A stretch of 64,000 nucleotides of DNA from Acidobacteriota bacterium (lineage in GTDB: Bacteria > Acidobacteriota > UBA6911): assembly GCA_963664705.1 (NCBI GenBank), contig OY761556.1:5312001-5376000 (forward strand), given 5' to 3'. A program made the translations under genes and the position numbers. The notes below the pieces were generated by a model. It made no database searches. It saw only the letters and a list, made by a program, of their open reading frames with translations, and was not told the origin of the DNA. Below, piece after piece: positions 47,624-57,611 of the stretch. Numbering within the stretch: position 1 is the first letter of the stretch; every line of letters starts with the position of its first letter.

Positions 47624-48928
47624 ATGTCGGATAAGCTTTTACTTCTCAACCTTGCTCCCTGGCCAACCTTGCTATCGCTTGTCAGGCAGGAACCCCAAAA
47701 GTGGGTCGTTTGGGGCAAGCTTCCGCGGAATGTTCATGCAGGCTTTTCGGAATTGGGTGTAGAAGTAGTCGATGAAACCCTGCCCAAGCCCTTTCATGGT
47801 TCGGAACTGCCGGCCTGGATTCGAAAATTTGGGAAGGGAATTGTCGTGCCGTCGCTCGGGCAACCGCTGCCAACGAGATGGCCGATAATACGGCATATCG
47901 CGTCAATGAGTATGCCGGTATTTGCGGCCGGACACGGACGCATCGCTCTCATTCAAGATATTCCTCCAACGGATGCTTTCACCTGGTCGCTTGAGGCAGG
48001 GGCTGAAACAGCCATTACCCAATCCGCGCCACACACCGACTATTCATGTGTGCGCGCTGATCTGCTTGGTGATCTCCTGCTTACGATTCCGGCTATCCGC
48101 GCAATAAGCCGCCTGGGTTCCACTCGTCTCATCATTCGTCAGGAATGGATGCCTTGGATGCATGAATTATTGCCGCATTGCGACATTTCCGGCCTGCAGC
48201 TTGTGCCCTGGAGCAATCCGTGCTGGGAGCCAGCAAAAACTGTGGTTGATCTCAGCCCGCCGGATTGGGCGTCTCCGCTTACGCCGGCAATTGCAAGGGC
48301 AATCCCCGCAAGAGAGCATATAAGGACTGTGCCGGGCAGGGGGCTTAGCGAAATGGTAGCTCTCTCCATCGGCCTCCAGGTCGTGTGGCCGGAACAGGGT
48401 TGTCGGAAAAGTGGTTATGGAGTTTTTATTCCCAGTGGTTCGAGCCTGGAACGGATGCTCCCGGCGGCCTACTGGAGGCATGCGCTGCGACATCTTTCAG
48501 AAGTCCTGAATATTGAATCGTGGATTGGCATTGATCCTGATAAGCAAATAGCGCATGAAAAATGGCCTGAAATTCCAGAGGTTAGATGGGTGAAGGGCTA
48601 TCGCGAGCCGTCTTTTCTTATAGGGCTGATAGCGGAGGCGGGCATTGTGGCGGGTGTTTCAACGGCGCTGACGCATCTTGCCGCGCTTTGCGGCACGGCA
48701 GCGCTGGTTGTGGAGCATCCCACAACTGTCCCGGGAATGTATCGTGCTCCCGTGCCTTATATCGAATATGTGCGGCCTGCAACTCCGTGGTGGCGTGATG
48801 AACCAAGCGAAGAAGACTTTGAGCGTGCAATCAGGGAACAACCGGATACCTATGGATTTGTGGGCGATGAATGGTATAGGACCGTTGATCAGAGGATTTC
48901 GAATTTAGTTTCTCGCGCAAAGGAATAG
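47624..48928 (+). CDS. GT9-like glycosyltransferase
   Basis: RADLLGDLLLTIPA, STALTHLAALCG. Confidence 0.7.
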   Translation: MSDKLLLLNLAPWPTLLSLVRQEPQKWVVWGKLPRNVHAGFSELGVEVVDETLPKPFHGSELPAWIRKFGKGIVVPSLGQPLPTRWPIIRHIASMSMPVFAAGHGRIALIQDIPPTDAFTWSLEAGAETAITQSAPHTDYSCVRADLLGDLLLTIPAIRAISRLGSTRLIIRQEWMPWMHELLPHCDISGLQLVPWSNPCWEPAKTVVDLSPPDWASPLTPAIARAIPAREHIRTVPGRGLSEMVALSIGLQVVWPEQGCRKSGYGVFIPSGSSLERMLPAAYWRHALRHLSEVLNIESWIGIDPDKQIAHEKWPEIPEVRWVKGYREPSFLIGLIAEAGIVAGVSTALTHLAALCGTAALVVEHPTTVPGMYRAPVPYIEYVRPATPWWRDEPSEEDFERAIREQPDTYGFVGDEWYRTVDQRISNLVSRAKE

Positions 48929-48936
48929 AAGGAAAA

Positions 48937-50346
48937 ATGACCGTTGCCAAAGGATTCCTGCCTACTGCATACCTGCCGCGGGCACACTCGGCATTGGCTC
49001 GTGCGTGGCGCTCTAATCCTGGGAGAAAGAAGTATGACGCGATTTTCCTCGCGAGCGAACAAATTCCCATGGCGAAGGCAATGGGATGGGAGGAATTCGG
49101 CAGCTTTCAACCGATACCGGGAGGGTGGGCCAACGAGAACACGCTGACCGGCTTTAGGGAACCATGCGACGTCTCCGTCCTATTGCCTGGAGATCCGTCT
49201 TTGTATGCTAATTGCCTGCGTGCCGCCCAGGTCAAGGGGACCGCGGACTGGCTGACCTGGCAGGAAAGCGGGTTGTCAGCAAGACCCTTGAAAGAAGGGC
49301 TTCTGGTAGCCGAGATCAGGCCTTCGGGAGAGCCGGATTACAGCACGCATTTACCTTTTAAAGATTTCTGGGAGGAAGTGGATAGGGATAATCGATTCAC
49401 CTGGATATTGCGGCTCGACGCTATCGGCGATGTACTGTTGACGCTCAGTTATCTATACCCTTTCAAACGACGATACCCCAGGCGTCGCATCGGGCTTGTA
49501 GTTCGCAAGGAATATGTGTCATGGCTGCGCAGGTTGAACTGGATCGATCAAATCTGCGGTGTTGATATCACGTATTGGGATTCCATGATGGCGTCGATGC
49601 CGCAAGGCGATCGAGACGCTTCGGCATGGATGAACTTAATGCCGGGCATGCTTCGGGTTGCGGGAAACAGAATCCTTTCTCAGCGTGAAGGTCTTGCCGC
49701 CAGCGCATATCCTGATGACTGCACACGTTGCCAATTCTCTCCCGGACGCAGTGTCCTGGAGATGCGTGATTTGTTGAGCCTGGTTTTTGATGAATTGAAA
49801 CCCGAGATACCCATTCCGTACCCTCAACCCGGGACTGACAATTCAATCTGGTTTTCTCCATTTCCGGGTGCGGACGAACGTTTATGGCCTCCGGATGCGT
49901 GGGCTAAAGCGCTGTCTCCTTTGGCCGGAAAGCGCATTCTCCTGCAACCGCCATCCGGCTTGCTGTACCAGCGATGGCACTCGGAATTTTTGAAATATGC
50001 CGCCCGGGAGGGGTTGAGAATTGAGGCTGCCGGGCGATCGGAATCAATATTTGAATTGATCCAGATGATGGCAAGTTCAAAAGCATGGATTGGAATAAAT
50101 TCGGCGCCCATGCATGTCGCCGGCTTGATTGGCTTACCAGCGCTGGCCATTGGTTTGCCTTGGGAGGTCAATGCCCGCTGGAACCATCCTTCGTTGCGGA
50201 TTGTTTCTGCAGAAAATACCGCAAGGCAAATTTTGATTCAGCATCTACAACAGGGTTGGGAGAGCTATTGCAGAGTGTACAGCGCTCTGACGAATGGGCT
50301 GACGGGCTGTACTTGCGTCCTGAGGAGTTTGCGTCTTCACTGCTGA
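48937..50346 (+). CDS. GT9-like glycosyltransferase (possible frameshift near the 3' end; alternative stop 50372)
   Basis: RLDAIGDVLL, ERLWP...W, NSAPMHVAG. Confidence 0.72.
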   Translation: MTVAKGFLPTAYLPRAHSALARAWRSNPGRKKYDAIFLASEQIPMAKAMGWEEFGSFQPIPGGWANENTLTGFREPCDVSVLLPGDPSLYANCLRAAQVKGTADWLTWQESGLSARPLKEGLLVAEIRPSGEPDYSTHLPFKDFWEEVDRDNRFTWILRLDAIGDVLLTLSYLYPFKRRYPRRRIGLVVRKEYVSWLRRLNWIDQICGVDITYWDSMMASMPQGDRDASAWMNLMPGMLRVAGNRILSQREGLAASAYPDDCTRCQFSPGRSVLEMRDLLSLVFDELKPEIPIPYPQPGTDNSIWFSPFPGADERLWPPDAWAKALSPLAGKRILLQPPSGLLYQRWHSEFLKYAAREGLRIEAAGRSESIFELIQMMASSKAWIGINSAPMHVAGLIGLPALAIGLPWEVNARWNHPSLRIVSAENTARQILIQHLQQGWESYCRVYSALTNGLTGCTCVLRSLRLHC

Positions 50347-50430
50347 CCCATCCGCTATGGCAGTTGCTGTGATTTCCCGAGGGAAGTGCCGCTTGATCGA
50401 TTGGCCTGCTATTCGCGGCGGCAACAGGAA

Positions 50431-52665
50431 CTAAAAGGTGGTGACTGCATTTTTCAGGAATTCCTCGAGTCCCTGAATGCAGTGCCGATCGTTGTAGGCT
50501 GAACGTTTCAGCTGCGACATTTTTATCGAAATGAATTTCCTGTATTCAGCGTCCGTACCAAGCCTTTTGGCAATAGCCACATATTCGTCCACGTTTTGAG
50601 CTTCTGTCTCGCTGAAGCCCATCATTTTCATAATGGCATGGGTATGTCGGCCGCGCATCAGCTTGCCTGGCATGGTCACAACTGGAAGATCACAGGCCAG
50701 AGCTTCGAGAGTGGAATTGCAGCCGGACCAGCCCATACTATCCAAAAATACATCCGCGAGTTGATTCAGGGCGCGGTAATGCGCGGGAGTCAGGTGCGGA
50801 ATCATGCGGACAAACTGATCGCACTTCAGCCCAAGGCGGGAAAACGAGGCTTCAAGTCGGTGCAAAAAGCGCATACCCAGCTGTGGCGATTTGGAGAAAT
50901 TCAGAAAGGCGAGCTGACAACCGGGGACTTCGGATGCAATCCGCGCAAAGATTTCATCAAACTGAGGAAGATACTTGAACAGGGATTGGGTACACAAAAA
51001 CACGACGGCATCTTCTTTCAAGCCAAAATAGCTGCGATCCACCGGGGCTGCTTCGATGGGAGGGGGTTCATAGCAAATGGAGAGATTGGGGAGCCGAACC
51101 AGTTTCTCCGTATAATGATCGTCGGCGTCGGCCGGCTCCATCAGATCGCTGCTCAGATAGTAGTCCAGTGTTGGGAGGCCTGAAGTATCCGGATGTCCCC
51201 AGGACGTGCATTGGATGGGAGCGAGATGCAATGAGGCCAGCTTTACGGTCATTGGATCCATGCCAATTTCCGGAAAGATGAGCAGATGCAACCGATCGCT
51301 GACTATACGTTCGCACCACTGTTCAAGCGATGGGATGTTTTCGGCAAAGCTGTGAAAACTGTGCCGAGCTAGTTCTGTCTGGTCGTCGACCTTGCGGCCC
51401 GTGTAATACCCATACAATTCGAAGTTCTGCCGATTCAGGTTATCCACCCAGCCTTTGATAGGAATCTTCCAGTTGGAATGAAGAAAGAAGAAGCCGGAAG
51501 CGATACCAATTCTCAGGGGTTCCCCGGGGCGGATGGACGGCATGGGAGGTTTTTTCGCCCATCGAGGGTGGCAGGTGGATTGAATACGGGTCATCAGGCT
51601 GCCATACATCGCTTGGAGCTCGCGATCGTTTTCCCCCTGGTAGGCGAGGAAAAAGGGTTGGAAGCTGCCCACAAGTCCCGAAGCTTGGACAATGGCCTGG
51701 GGCGTTGAAAGGTCAATTTCCCTGCTAAGGCCCGCAAGCCGTGTTGCATAGCGTTCACGAACCACGGCAATTTCTTCGACCGAGTCGTGAAGCAAAGGGA
51801 TCTGGCCCATACAGTCCCCGATGCGGACTATAGAGGCATTCGGGTTCAGCGATACCGCTTTCCGAAAATGCTCGGCGGATTCCTCCTTATTCCCCTGCTC
51901 GCGAAGGATGTGTGCCAGGTTAAGATGTGCTTCACAAAAATCGGGAGAGGCAGCTAAAGCCTGCCGAAAGCAAACCGCTCCTTTTTCAATGTCGCCTGCG
52001 TCTGAATAGGCATTGCCCAGGTTCAGGAGCGTTTTGGGATGTGAGGGATCGATGGCGAGGGCCTTTGAACAGCTGGCCATTGCTTCAAGCGGTTTGCCAA
52101 GACTTTTGTACGCGGAAGCCAGATTGCTGTGAGCATCCAGGAAGTCCGGCTTCAGTTTGATGGCAGTCAAGTAGGCGTCTACCGCTTCGAGATCCCTGCC
52201 AAGTGTCTGCAACACCATCCCAACGTTGTTATGAATTTCTGCCCTTGTAGGATCAAGCTTCAGCGCTTTTCGATATTCTTCCAACGACTCCCGGAGCTTT
52301 GCTTTGTCTCGAAGCACATTGGCCAGGTTGTTTCGCGCATCGGTGTATTTGGGATTGAGCTTTAATGCCCGGAGGTAGCATTCTTCGGCCTTGTCGGTGA
52401 GTTTCTGCGCCCTGTAAACGTTTCCAAGATTATTGCGATATTCTGGAACACGCTTGTTGATGGCGATGGCCTGCAAAATCAGCTCCTCGGCCTGGTCACA
52501 CTGACTGCGCTGATAGGCGATGACTCCCAGCAGGTGAAGAGCATCCGCGTTGCCCGGGGCGACACGGAGAATCTGACGGTAAATGGTCTCGGCTTCATCC
52601 AGCTTTCCCGCCTGGTGAAGGCGAACGGCAGCATCGATGTTCGGTAAGGTCATACAGGTGAGCAT
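50431..52665 (-). CDS. TPR-repeat protein with O-GlcNAc-transferase-like (GT41/SPINDLY) catalytic domain
   Basis: Many TPRs (ADALHLLG, NNLGN), LRIGI.S, HS, PEIGMD, LAPIQC.SWGHP.TSG, QSLFK, LDS..WSG.NSTLEAL, MRGR. Confidence 0.9.
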   Translation of the reverse strand: MLTCMTLPNIDAAVRLHQAGKLDEAETIYRQILRVAPGNADALHLLGVIAYQRSQCDQAEELILQAIAINKRVPEYRNNLGNVYRAQKLTDKAEECYLRALKLNPKYTDARNNLANVLRDKAKLRESLEEYRKALKLDPTRAEIHNNVGMVLQTLGRDLEAVDAYLTAIKLKPDFLDAHSNLASAYKSLGKPLEAMASCSKALAIDPSHPKTLLNLGNAYSDAGDIEKGAVCFRQALAASPDFCEAHLNLAHILREQGNKEESAEHFRKAVSLNPNASIVRIGDCMGQIPLLHDSVEEIAVVRERYATRLAGLSREIDLSTPQAIVQASGLVGSFQPFFLAYQGENDRELQAMYGSLMTRIQSTCHPRWAKKPPMPSIRPGEPLRIGIASGFFFLHSNWKIPIKGWVDNLNRQNFELYGYYTGRKVDDQTELARHSFHSFAENIPSLEQWCERIVSDRLHLLIFPEIGMDPMTVKLASLHLAPIQCTSWGHPDTSGLPTLDYYLSSDLMEPADADDHYTEKLVRLPNLSICYEPPPIEAAPVDRSYFGLKEDAVVFLCTQSLFKYLPQFDEIFARIASEVPGCQLAFLNFSKSPQLGMRFLHRLEASFSRLGLKCDQFVRMIPHLTPAHYRALNQLADVFLDSMGWSGCNSTLEALACDLPVVTMPGKLMRGRHTHAIMKMMGFSETEAQNVDEYVAIAKRLGTDAEYRKFISIKMSQLKRSAYNDRHCIQGLEEFLKNAVTTF

Positions 52666-52830
52666 GCTACACCATATTGTCTCGGATGCTCAAAGCCAAA
52701 GAGGAAGGTTTCTATAATTCGACGCCTCAAGGCGGCAATTACGGCTTAGCCGAGGAGCTTAAAATAAAAAAGAGTCCTGAAGCCAAATCACTCCCCAAGG
52801 TTCTCTTTATCGGCTATCAGGACATTGGCA

Positions 52831-53871
52831 TTATCCGGAGTTACGCGCACGTGTGAACTGACGGTTCCAGGCGGCCGGGACCGAGTAAAGAAGGATGGAT
52901 CGAATCATGATGCTTCGTATCTCGGCGCGGCCTATTTTGATGCGCAAGCTGCTATCCAGCACGTTTCCGGTGTGGAGCCCTGCAAGTGTCCGAATACCGA
53001 TCAAGGCCGGCCAGGCGCATGCCAGCCTGATCCGCAGGCAGCGGAATGGCAGCGATACCGTGTATTGCCAGCCTGCAGACAGGTGATCCGCCGCGAGGTC
53101 CAGGCAGTCCTGGTAAAGGGGGCGAAATTGCTCCATGGCGGCCGGATCCAGCAAATCGGCTGGATCCAGGCCAAGAGGAGAAAGGCGCTCCTTTGGTATG
53201 TAACAGCGGCCACGGCGCAGATCATTGGGAAGATCGCGCAGGATGTTTACGAGCTGAAGGCCTTTGCCGAAGCGGATGCCATTCGTACGAAGCGCTGTGT
53301 CATCAAGCGGGTCCGATGGGAAAACATGGGCCCGGCACATATCGGTCCAGAACTCCCCTACACATCCTGCAACCGCGTAGGTATAGGCATCCAACTCCCG
53401 GTCGGTGTCCAGGGCCGTTACTCGGCCCGGTGTCGTATCGAATTGTACAAGGTCTGTTTCCTGTCCCTGGATAATGGTGGACAGCAGCTTCGCGATTCGA
53501 AGTCGGTCCGCGTGATCGGTGGTTCGAACCGCCTGGAGCAGATCATCCAGATGGACAAGGAGGTCACGCTCACCCTGAGTGCCTTCGCCGGTGATTTGCT
53601 CCTGAGCCTCTGCCAGGTCTCCAAGGTTGGGGCCAAAGATCGGACCCTCTTTGCATGCAGACAAGATAGCTTCCTTGAGTTGTTGCAGCCCTTCACGCCT
53701 TCGGGATATGGCAATCAGGCGCGTATCCGCCACAGTATCGGAAGCTCGCGCCAGAAGGTACGCGAGGCTGATGGGATGACGGACAGAGCGCGGCAATACC
53801 CGGAGCGTCAGATAAAACGAGCGGGACACCTGCTTCAACAGATTTTGAGTTTCGATCCGGGCTTGCATCAT
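52831..53871 (-). CDS. Squalene/phytoene synthase family prenyltransferase
   Basis: VSRSFYL, AYLLARASDTVAD, YTYAVAGCVGEFWT, GKGLQLVNILRD, GRCYIP. Confidence 0.9.
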   Translation of the reverse strand: MMQARIETQNLLKQVSRSFYLTLRVLPRSVRHPISLAYLLARASDTVADTRLIAISRRREGLQQLKEAILSACKEGPIFGPNLGDLAEAQEQITGEGTQGERDLLVHLDDLLQAVRTTDHADRLRIAKLLSTIIQGQETDLVQFDTTPGRVTALDTDRELDAYTYAVAGCVGEFWTDMCRAHVFPSDPLDDTALRTNGIRFGKGLQLVNILRDLPNDLRRGRCYIPKERLSPLGLDPADLLDPAAMEQFRPLYQDCLDLAADHLSAGWQYTVSLPFRCLRIRLACAWPALIGIRTLAGLHTGNVLDSSLRIKIGRAEIRSIMIRSILLYSVPAAWNRQFTRARNSG

Positions 53872-54013
53872 GATGGGCGGGATTGTACACAAGAATGATG
53901 CCACAGGTCTGCAAAATCCACTCTATCAGGAAGATTCCCGGCCTTGTCCCCGGGTAGGAATAGCTTTGTGGGATTTTGCACTTGATATGGCACAATCAGG
54001 TAGAGGTGATCCC

Positions 54014-54589
54014 ATGCCGATGATGTATCGAAATCCCGCAATCCCGGAGTCTTTGATTCCGAAGGCTGCAAGCCCGATTTTTCAGCATCTGCTCGCAACG
54101 TATGTAAGCGAAACGAATAAGACTGCATCCGTCTGGCGCGAATTTGGGACGGAAGACATGAGCTTCCGGCCGCATCCGAGGTCCACTTCAGTCCAGGAAC
54201 AGATGCGTCATCAGCTGCTTTCCGAGCGGCGGTTTTTTTGCGAGTTTCTGGGAACGCGCGAACCCGATCCTTCCACGATTATTCCTTCCGAGGCAAGTCC
54301 GGAAGCCTTTATCAAAAACCTGACGGATCTTGCTATGCAAAGGCTCGAGCAGTTGTCCCCCAAGGATGAAAGCTGGTGGTTGCAGCCGGCCAGTTTTTTC
54401 GATGTTCAACGCGAGCGGATATGGATTTTCTGGCGCAGGTTGCTGCACACGGCGCATCACCGGGCACAACTTACGGTTTGTTTGCGATTGTTGAATAAAT
54501 CAGTGCCGTCGGTTTATGGACCCACCGCGGATGCGACCTGGGTGGGGGCGGATCCGACAAACACAGTAGATGCGGCCAGAAGGGCCTGA
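54014..54589 (+). CDS. DinB-family protein
   Basis: FRPHPRS, H..LSERRF, H.AHHRAQL, PSVYGPTAD; GAGGTG RBS. Confidence 0.82.
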   Translation: MPMMYRNPAIPESLIPKAASPIFQHLLATYVSETNKTASVWREFGTEDMSFRPHPRSTSVQEQMRHQLLSERRFFCEFLGTREPDPSTIIPSEASPEAFIKNLTDLAMQRLEQLSPKDESWWLQPASFFDVQRERIWIFWRRLLHTAHHRAQLTVCLRLLNKSVPSVYGPTADATWVGADPTNTVDAARRA

Positions 54590-54596
54590 GACTCCG

Positions 54597-55124
54597 ATGA
54601 AGCCCTATAAAAAGATTTCATCCAGCGTTCTTTTCCAGAATCCCTGGTGGCGCTATTGCCTTGACAAAATCGAACTGCCATCCGGCAAACCTGGCGAATA
54701 CCATTTCGTGCTGACAAATGGCTCATCCATGGTTGTTCCAGTGGACGCGGATGAGAAGATTCTCCTGGTTCGGCAATACAGATATACGGGAAAAAAGGAT
54801 AGTCTCGAATTCCCCTGCGGCGGACTGAAAGACGGTGTTTCATACGAGGAGGCGGCAAGAAGTGAGCTCCGCGAGGAGACTGGCTTCAGTGCAGGAGAGC
54901 TGGTTGCGGCAGGCGCGTTCAATCCCTGCAACGGGCTGCTCGATGAGATCTGCAATGTGTATATTGCCAGAGACTTAACCTATATCGGCGGTGAGCCGGA
55001 CGAAACCGAGAGCTTCGAACTGCTGCGTTTTACAAAAGAGGAGCTCGAAAGGCATATCTGTAACGGGAGCCTCTGGGACGGGATGACGCTTGCCGCCTGG
55101 GCCCTTGCCAAACCCAAAATATAA
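54597..55124 (+). CDS. NUDIX hydrolase (ADP-ribose pyrophosphatase-like)
   Basis: RQYRY, EFPCGG.....SYEEAARSELREETG Nudix box. Confidence 0.92.
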   Translation: MKPYKKISSSVLFQNPWWRYCLDKIELPSGKPGEYHFVLTNGSSMVVPVDADEKILLVRQYRYTGKKDSLEFPCGGLKDGVSYEEAARSELREETGFSAGELVAAGAFNPCNGLLDEICNVYIARDLTYIGGEPDETESFELLRFTKEELERHICNGSLWDGMTLAAWALAKPKI

Positions 55125-55260
55125 CCCGCGGGATTCGCGATGCGGTTCACGGTGTTTTTGTTGCGAATCCTGATCTAGCGATCGCTGTCCATTCTCGGTT
55201 GGTTTCCACCTTGGAACCGACAACTCCCTATTTAATAATTTCTTGTGATGGTTTGTTTCA

Positions 55261-57090
55261 ATGGGAGGGTTTGAAAGGAGGATCGTGGTTTCCCAACAAT
55301 CGAACGCGGGGTGGAAAAAGGTCATGCCCAAAACAACGGGAGGCATTTTAGCCGGCATCATGCTGGCCGCACTGATCCCGATTCTTCTTCTTCAGAGCGC
55401 TATTTATGTTTTCTGGTATCAGACAAGAATTCAAACCGAGATGATCGCAAACCTGGAATTTGCGCGCTCTGTAGCCTGGTCCTTTGAATCGCATGTTCAA
55501 GACATCCGCCGCCAGCTGCTCGTACTTGGGAAAGCCATTGAATCAGATCCTGCATTTTCGATAGAAAAGGCCGGAACCCTCCTGTCCATACTGAAAAGCC
55601 AATACGCCACCGTTATCCGATTCAGCATTGTCGACGATCACGGCGTCATTCTTGCATCCAGCGATCCTGTTTTCATTGGTATGTTTGTTGCGGATAGAGA
55701 TTATTACCGCAAAATACAATCGGGTCAGGAATGGGTCATCAACGATCTGAATCTCGGTCCCATGGCCAACAGGATTCAATTCAACATTGCGCAGAAACTT
55801 CGCATCAAGGGTGAGCACAACTATCTCATTGTTGCGGTTATCGATCCCAAAATGCTGGGCGTGCTTGTTCATTTGCAGGAGCGCCCGGCTGGCGGGGAGT
55901 TCACGATTTTCGATCGATCCGGAAGCCTTGCTTTCTTCAGCGGAGAAATGACCTGGTCCCATGCCAGTTGGGCGAGGCGCGATGAAATCCTGAGTCTGGC
56001 TATGCACGGCAAAGAAGCCATGGGTACAATTCTGTATCCACTCGACAACAGAAAACATGTTGTAGCCCGGGTGCCGATCAATCAGATTGGCTGGACCGCC
56101 GGCGCCAGCAGATCGCTGGATACCGTTATGGCGCCGATCTATCGCAATGCTATCTGGGTTGCGATTCTGAACGGTTTGCTGCTGATGATCTCAATTGGCA
56201 GCGCACTGGTTTTAAGGGGTTTTTTCATCCGGAAACTGAACCGGTTACGGGAACAGGCGCGTTTCATCGCAGGCGGTGATTTTTCTACCAGGAATGATGT
56301 TGGCAACCCGGTCGAGCTCGCGGAGCTCGAAAAATCATTCAATGCAATGGCAGAGGAGATTGAGTCCCGCCAGAACTCGCTGAAGCAGGCGGTCAGCGAA
56401 CTGACGCGTTCCAACCAGGAGCTTGAGCAGTTCGCCTATGTCGCTTCGCATGATCTTCAGGAACCGCTGCGCGTAATCTCAGGATTCGTGCAGCTGATTG
56501 AAAGAAAATACAAGGGGCGACTTGACAGTGAAGCAGACCGATACATTACTTTCATTACTGAGGCCGTTCAGCGGCAACAGGAGCTTATTCGCGATTTGTT
56601 GACCTACTCGCGATTGGGCCGGGCTGAGCCCCGGCTGGTATCCACAGATGCCACCAAAGCCGTGCAGGCTGCTATTCAGAATATGCATCAGATCATGGAA
56701 GAAACAAAAGCGACCGTGACGGTGGCGGATCTTCCGGTAGTACAGGCGGACGGGCAACAACTGATACAGCTTTTTCAGAATCTTATCCACAACGGCATCA
56801 AATTCAGGCGGATAGTGCCCCCCGCGCTCCACATTTCGGCAAGTCGTGAGGGGGATTTTTGGCTTTTTGCTGTTCAGGACAATGGGATTGGAATCGAGCC
56901 GCAATATTGGGCGCAGATTTTTACCATGTTTAAGCGCCTGCACACGAGAAAAGATTACCCTGGGACTGGCATTGGACTGGCAATCTGTAAGAAAATAGTC
57001 GAGAGGCATGGAGGTCGCATCTGGGTGGATTCCAGACCCGGTGAAGGATCGACCTTCCTCTTCACGCTTAGAGCCATTGGAGCGTTATGA
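55261..57090 (+). CDS. Sensor histidine kinase (Cache-HAMP-HisKA-HATPase)
   Basis: Two TM helices, DRDYY Cache motif, [32 protein letters not shown]; exact start uncertain. Confidence 0.93.
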   Translation: MGGFERRIVVSQQSNAGWKKVMPKTTGGILAGIMLAALIPILLLQSAIYVFWYQTRIQTEMIANLEFARSVAWSFESHVQDIRRQLLVLGKAIESDPAFSIEKAGTLLSILKSQYATVIRFSIVDDHGVILASSDPVFIGMFVADRDYYRKIQSGQEWVINDLNLGPMANRIQFNIAQKLRIKGEHNYLIVAVIDPKMLGVLVHLQERPAGGEFTIFDRSGSLAFFSGEMTWSHASWARRDEILSLAMHGKEAMGTILYPLDNRKHVVARVPINQIGWTAGASRSLDTVMAPIYRNAIWVAILNGLLLMISIGSALVLRGFFIRKLNRLREQARFIAGGDFSTRNDVGNPVELAELEKSFNAMAEEIESRQNSLKQAVSELTRSNQELEQFAYVASHDLQEPLRVISGFVQLIERKYKGRLDSEADRYITFITEAVQRQQELIRDLLTYSRLGRAEPRLVSTDATKAVQAAIQNMHQIMEETKATVTVADLPVVQADGQQLIQLFQNLIHNGIKFRRIVPPALHISASREGDFWLFAVQDNGIGIEPQYWAQIFTMFKRLHTRKDYPGTGIGLAICKKIVERHGGRIWVDSRPGEGSTFLFTLRAIGAL

Positions 57091-57536
57091 TGAATATGGA
57101 GTTGGGCAAGCCGATCAACATTCTTCTGGTGGAAGATAACGAACCGGATGTTGTGTTGACCCAGGAAGCTTTTAAAGAAGCCAAGATATCCAATTCATTG
57201 TACGTTGTGGCAGATGGGGTTGAAGCGCTCGAATTCCTGCGGAAGCAGGGAAAATTTATCGGCGTGCCTCGGCCGGACATGATCCTTCTGGACCTGAATC
57301 TGCCCAGAAAGGATGGGCGGTCGGTCCTTGAGGAAATTAAGGCTGATCCTCTGCTGGCCAGTATTCCCGTTGTTATTCTCACTACTTCAAGTGATGAAAG
57401 GGATGTCGTTCGGGCGTATACTTGCCATGCCAATTGTTACATCATTAAACCAGTGGACTTTCAGCAGTTCATGAATATTGTGAAATCCATTGAAGGATTC
57501 TGGCTAACGGTAGTGCGGCTACCCAATTCTGCATAA
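57087..57536 (+). CDS. Single-domain response regulator (Rcp1-like)
   Basis: [26 protein letters not shown]. Confidence 0.93.
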   Translation: MMNMELGKPINILLVEDNEPDVVLTQEAFKEAKISNSLYVVADGVEALEFLRKQGKFIGVPRPDMILLDLNLPRKDGRSVLEEIKADPLLASIPVVILTTSSDERDVVRAYTCHANCYIIKPVDFQQFMNIVKSIEGFWLTVVRLPNSA

Positions 57537-57611
57537 CGAATCCGTTTTATTCACTTGTGCGGTGGCTCATCAGGCTATCCGCGACTTACCTTGATTTGGA
57601 AATAATACGAT

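Noticed and set aside
52825-53898. 357-aa plus-strand ORF
   Set aside because: Antisense shadow of the squalene synthase-like gene. The same applies to 19031-20218, 34218-35297 and 58143-59315.
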